A DNA stretch of 64,000 nucleotides. Source: Malacoraja senta (taxonomy: Eukaryota). Both the position numbers and the translations under genes were made by a program. Below are positions 60,101-64,000 of this stretch, piece after piece. The stretch spans positions 496,001-560,000 of the forward strand of contig JAXLNO010000073.1 in assembly GCA_038087875.1 (NCBI GenBank), read 5' to 3'. Under the pieces are notes generated by a model, which saw nothing but the letters and a program-made list of their open reading frames with translations, searched no databases and was not told where the DNA came from. The number at the start of each line of letters is the position of its first letter. Within the stretch, counting starts at the first letter, position 1.

Positions 60101-62760
60101 CCCAACACACCCCCACACACCCACACACCCCCACACACCCCTCACCCCCGAACACCCACACACCCCTCACCACACCCCCCCACACACCCACACACACCCC
60201 CCACACACTCCCCCACACCCCCACACACACCTCACCCCACCCACCCTCACACACACCCCCACACCCCCACACACCTCCACACACCCCCACATGCCCCCAC
60301 ACACCCCACACACTCCCACACCCCTCACCCCCACACACCCAGCACCCCACACACCGTCACACACCCCCATACACACCCCTCACCCCCACAAACCCACACA
60401 CCCCTCACCCCCACACACCCCCTCACACTCCCACACACCCTCACCCCCCACACACCCCCACACACCCCTCACCCCCACAACACCCCTCATCCCCCCCACC
60501 TCCCCACCCACACACACCCCTCACCCCCACACACCTCCACACACCCCCACATGCCCCCACACACCCCCACACACTCATCACCCCACACACCGTCACACCA
60601 CACCCTCACCCCCACAAACCCACACACCCCTCACCCCCACACTCCCACACACCCTCACCCCCCATACATCCCCACACCCCTCACCCCCCCTCACCCCCAC
60701 ACACACCCACACACTCCCACACACCCCTCACACCCACACACACCTCACTCCCACACACACAATCCCCTTCCACACACCCTCACACACCACTCACCACCAC
60801 ATATCCCTCACCCCCACACACCCCCACACACCCCTCACCCCACACACCCCCACACACCCCTCACCTCACAGACCCCCACACACCTCTCAACCCCACACAC
60901 CCCCACACACCCCTCACTCCCACACACCCCCACACACCCCTCACCCCACAACCCCCCACACACACCCACACACCCCCACACCCCTCACCCCCACACACCC
61001 GCACATACGCCCACAGACACCCACACCCCCCCACACACCCCCACACAGCCTCACAGACTACTCAGCCGCACACACCCCCACACACCCGCACACCCCCACA
61101 CACCCCTCACCCCCGCACACCCACACACCCCTCACCCCCACACACACCCTACACACACCCACACACTACCACACACCCCTCACAACCACACCGCCCTCAC
61201 CCCCACACACACAATCCCCTCACTCCCACACACCCTCACACGCCACTCACCACCCCACATTCCTCACCCCCACACAGCCCCACACACGCCTCACCCCCAC
61301 ACACCCACACACCCCACGCACCCACACACCCACACACCCACACACCACCACACACCCCTCACCCCACACACCCACACACCGCCACACACCCCTCACCACT
61401 CACCCCCACACACACCCACACGCCCTCACATACATTCACACCCACACACCCACACACCCACGCACCCACACACCCACACACACCCACACACCCCTCTCCC
61501 CCACACACACCCCTCACGGCCACACACACCTCACCCCCACATACCCCCTCACCACCAGACACAACCCCACACACCCCTCCCCCCACATACCCCTCACCCC
61601 CACACACACACCCACACACCCACACACACCACCACACAGCCGCCCACACCTCCACACACCCATCACCCCACACACCCCCACACACCCCCACATAACCCAC
61701 ACACCCCCACACACCCCACACCTCTCAGCCCCACACCCCCCTCACCCCACACACCGTCACAGACCCCCACACACACCTCTCACCCCCACAATCCCACACA
61801 CCCCTCAACCCCACACACCCCACACACCCCTCACCCCCCACACACCCCACACTCCCCTCACTCCCTCACACCCCCACACACCCCCACACACACCCACACA
61901 TTCCCACACACACCTCACACCCACACACCCCTCACCCCCACACACCCCTCACCCCCACACACCCCTCAACCCCATACACACCTCACCACCACACACCCAA
62001 TACACCCCACACACCCCACATCACCACACACCCCCACACGTCCCTCACCCCCACACACACCCACAAATCCCTCACCCCCACACACCCCTCATCCCCACAC
62101 ACCCCCAGACACCACCTCACACCCCTCACCCCCACATTCCCCCACCCACCCCCCACAACCCTCACCCCCACACACCCCCACACACACCCCTCACCCCCAC
62201 ACACCCACACACCCCTCACCCCCACACAGCCACACACATCCCCACACAGCCCCAGACACCCCTCACCCCCCACACACCCCCACACACCCCTCACCCCCAC
62301 GCATCCCCACACACCCCCACACACCCTCACACACCCCCACACAGCCCCACACACCCCCAAACACCCCCCACACACCCCCACACACCCTCACACACCCGCA
62401 TACACACACACACCCACACACGCCCACACACACCCACACACCCCCACACACCCACAAACACCCCCACACACCCGCACACACCCCTCACACACACCCACAC
62501 ACCCTTAGTCCCACGCCACCCACACACCCTCACACATCCCCACCCCCCCCCCCCCCCCACACACCCACACACACCCCCCACAGACCCCTCACCCCCACAC
62601 ACCGCCACACACCTTCACACATCCCCACACCCCCCCACACACCCCCCACAGACCCCTCACCCCCACACACTGCCACACACCCTCACACACCCCACACACC
62701 CACACACACCCACACACACATCGACACACACCCACACACCCCACACACCTCTCACCCACA
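57155..62760. repeat. 5.6-kb C/A-rich satellite, about 18-bp CCCCTCACCCCCACACAC units
   Basis: Directly visible, almost no G on plus strand. Confidence 0.97.
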
Positions 62761-62889
62761 CATCCGGTCTTTGCAGAGGCACAACAAGCAACAGCGAAGA
62801 TAGACATAAAGATAGACGCTTATTGCAGACAAATTACAAACAGATAACGTTTAATCAGGAGGAAAGTCAGACTGGTCATAGAATAGGAA

Positions 62890-63345
62890 GATGGACAATA
62901 GACAACAGGTGCAGGAGTAGGTCATTCGGCCCTTCGAGCCAACACCGCCATTTAATGTGATCATGGCTGATTATCCCCAATCAGTACCGTGTTCTTGCCT
63001 TCTCCCCATATCCCCTGACCCCGCTATCTTTAAGAGCTCTGTCTAGCTCTCTCTTGAAGGTATCCAGAGAACCGGCCTCCACCGCCCTCTGAGGCAGAGA
63101 ATTCCACAGACTCACAACTCTCTGTGAGAAAAAGTGTTTCCTCGTCTCCATTCTAAACGGCTTACTCCTTATTCTTAAACTGTGGCCCCTGGTTCTGGAC
63201 TCCCCCATCATCGGGAACATGTTTCCTGCCTCTAGCGTGTCCAAACCCTTATATGTTTCAATAGGATCCCCTCTCGTCCTTCTAAATTGCAGAGTATACA
63301 AGCCCAGGCACTTTATTCTCTCAGCATATGACAGTCCCGCCATCC
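62890..63345 (-). mobile_element. CR1 3' end
   Basis: [23 protein letters not shown] and tail. Confidence 0.88.
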
Positions 63346-63484
63346 TGGTTCGCCACAAAGACGCTGGTAAAATTGCAGAAAGTACTCATTCCTTCTTCGT
63401 GCCTTCAACCCCCTTAGTTCTCTACAGCCCCCCCCCCCCCTTCACCCACACACACGCTGCGTCCCCCCAGTCCAATTTTGTATA

Positions 63485-63768
63485 ATTTCGAGAAACAGTG
63501 CGGCAACAGGCCCTTCGGCCCACCGAGCCCGCGCCGACCAGCGACCCCCCTGTACACTGGCACTATCCTACACACAATAGGGACCATTTATATTTGTACC
63601 GAAGCCCGTCAACATGCAAACATGCACGTCTTTGGGATGTGGGAGGAAACCGGAGCACCCGGAGAAAACCTACAGGAGAACATAGGACTCCGTACAGGCA
63701 GCGCCCGTGGTTAGGATCGAACCCGGGTCTCTGGCGTTGTGAGGCAGCAACTCTTCCGCTGCGCCACC
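63485..63768 (-). mobile_element. V-SINE (HE1-like)
   Basis: A box tggcgcagcgg, B box ggttcgatcc, V-domain, CR1-like tail. Confidence 0.85.
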
Positions 63769-63839
63769 ATGCCACGCCACCCCTCCCTCCACTTAGTTCT
63801 CGGCAGCTCCCCCACCCCCAACGCCGGGTCCCCCTTCGG

Positions 63840-64000
63840 TAGGGTTGCCAACGTTCTCACTCCCAAATAAGGGACAAAAGGTCAAAATAAGGGACAAATC
63901 CCTGGGTGAATGATGAATTGGCCCGGGTGCTGGACCGCACACAAAGCCCAGCCGGCGGGCCAGCTGAGGAGTTTTGGCCCGGGCCGCCATCAGGCACCCC
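63840..64000. mobile_element. Probable end of a hAT-family element, running out of the window
   Basis: TAGGGTTGCCA terminus followed by repeated aaataagggacaaa subterminal motifs; other end not visible. Confidence 0.5.

Noticed and set aside
56893..62960. 748-, 750- and 1225-aa Pro/His/Thr-rich ORFs
   Set aside because: Translations of a C/A satellite that rarely forms stop codons; open in several frames

Overview
Eukaryotic, almost entirely repeat-derived DNA. The repeat content (HE1-like V-SINEs, CR1 LINEs with esterase ORF1, Penelope remnants) points to a cartilaginous fish, probably a skate or ray; this is inference. The only host-gene sequence I can support is two minus-strand exons (38357-38605 and 16623-16725) of a damaged EEF1AKMT3/METTL21B-like lysine methyltransferase, so most of the window is probably intronic. 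Nested elements: three DIRS tyrosine-recombinase retrotransposons (461-4774, 29560-33606, 46567-54626), a full-length BEL/Pao LTR element (4852-16277), two near full-length and many truncated CR1s, Rex1/Babar and L1 fragments, Penelope GIY-YIG remnants with minimal hammerhead ribozymes, Harbinger and hAT derivatives, and two large simple-sequence satellites. Strongest leads: (1) the BEL element has no tRNA-type primer site but a 10-nt PBS exactly complementary to a sequence in its own LTR, the geometry of self-priming; (2) a non-coding retroposon family with a conserved, covarying RNA stem-loop carries four different LINE-type tails; (3) all three DIRS copies sit in CAATTA targets and share a short leader intron; (4) a 91-bp hammerhead-only insertion. 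All analysis was by eye. Boundaries of old fragments are approximate and novelty was not checked against databases.
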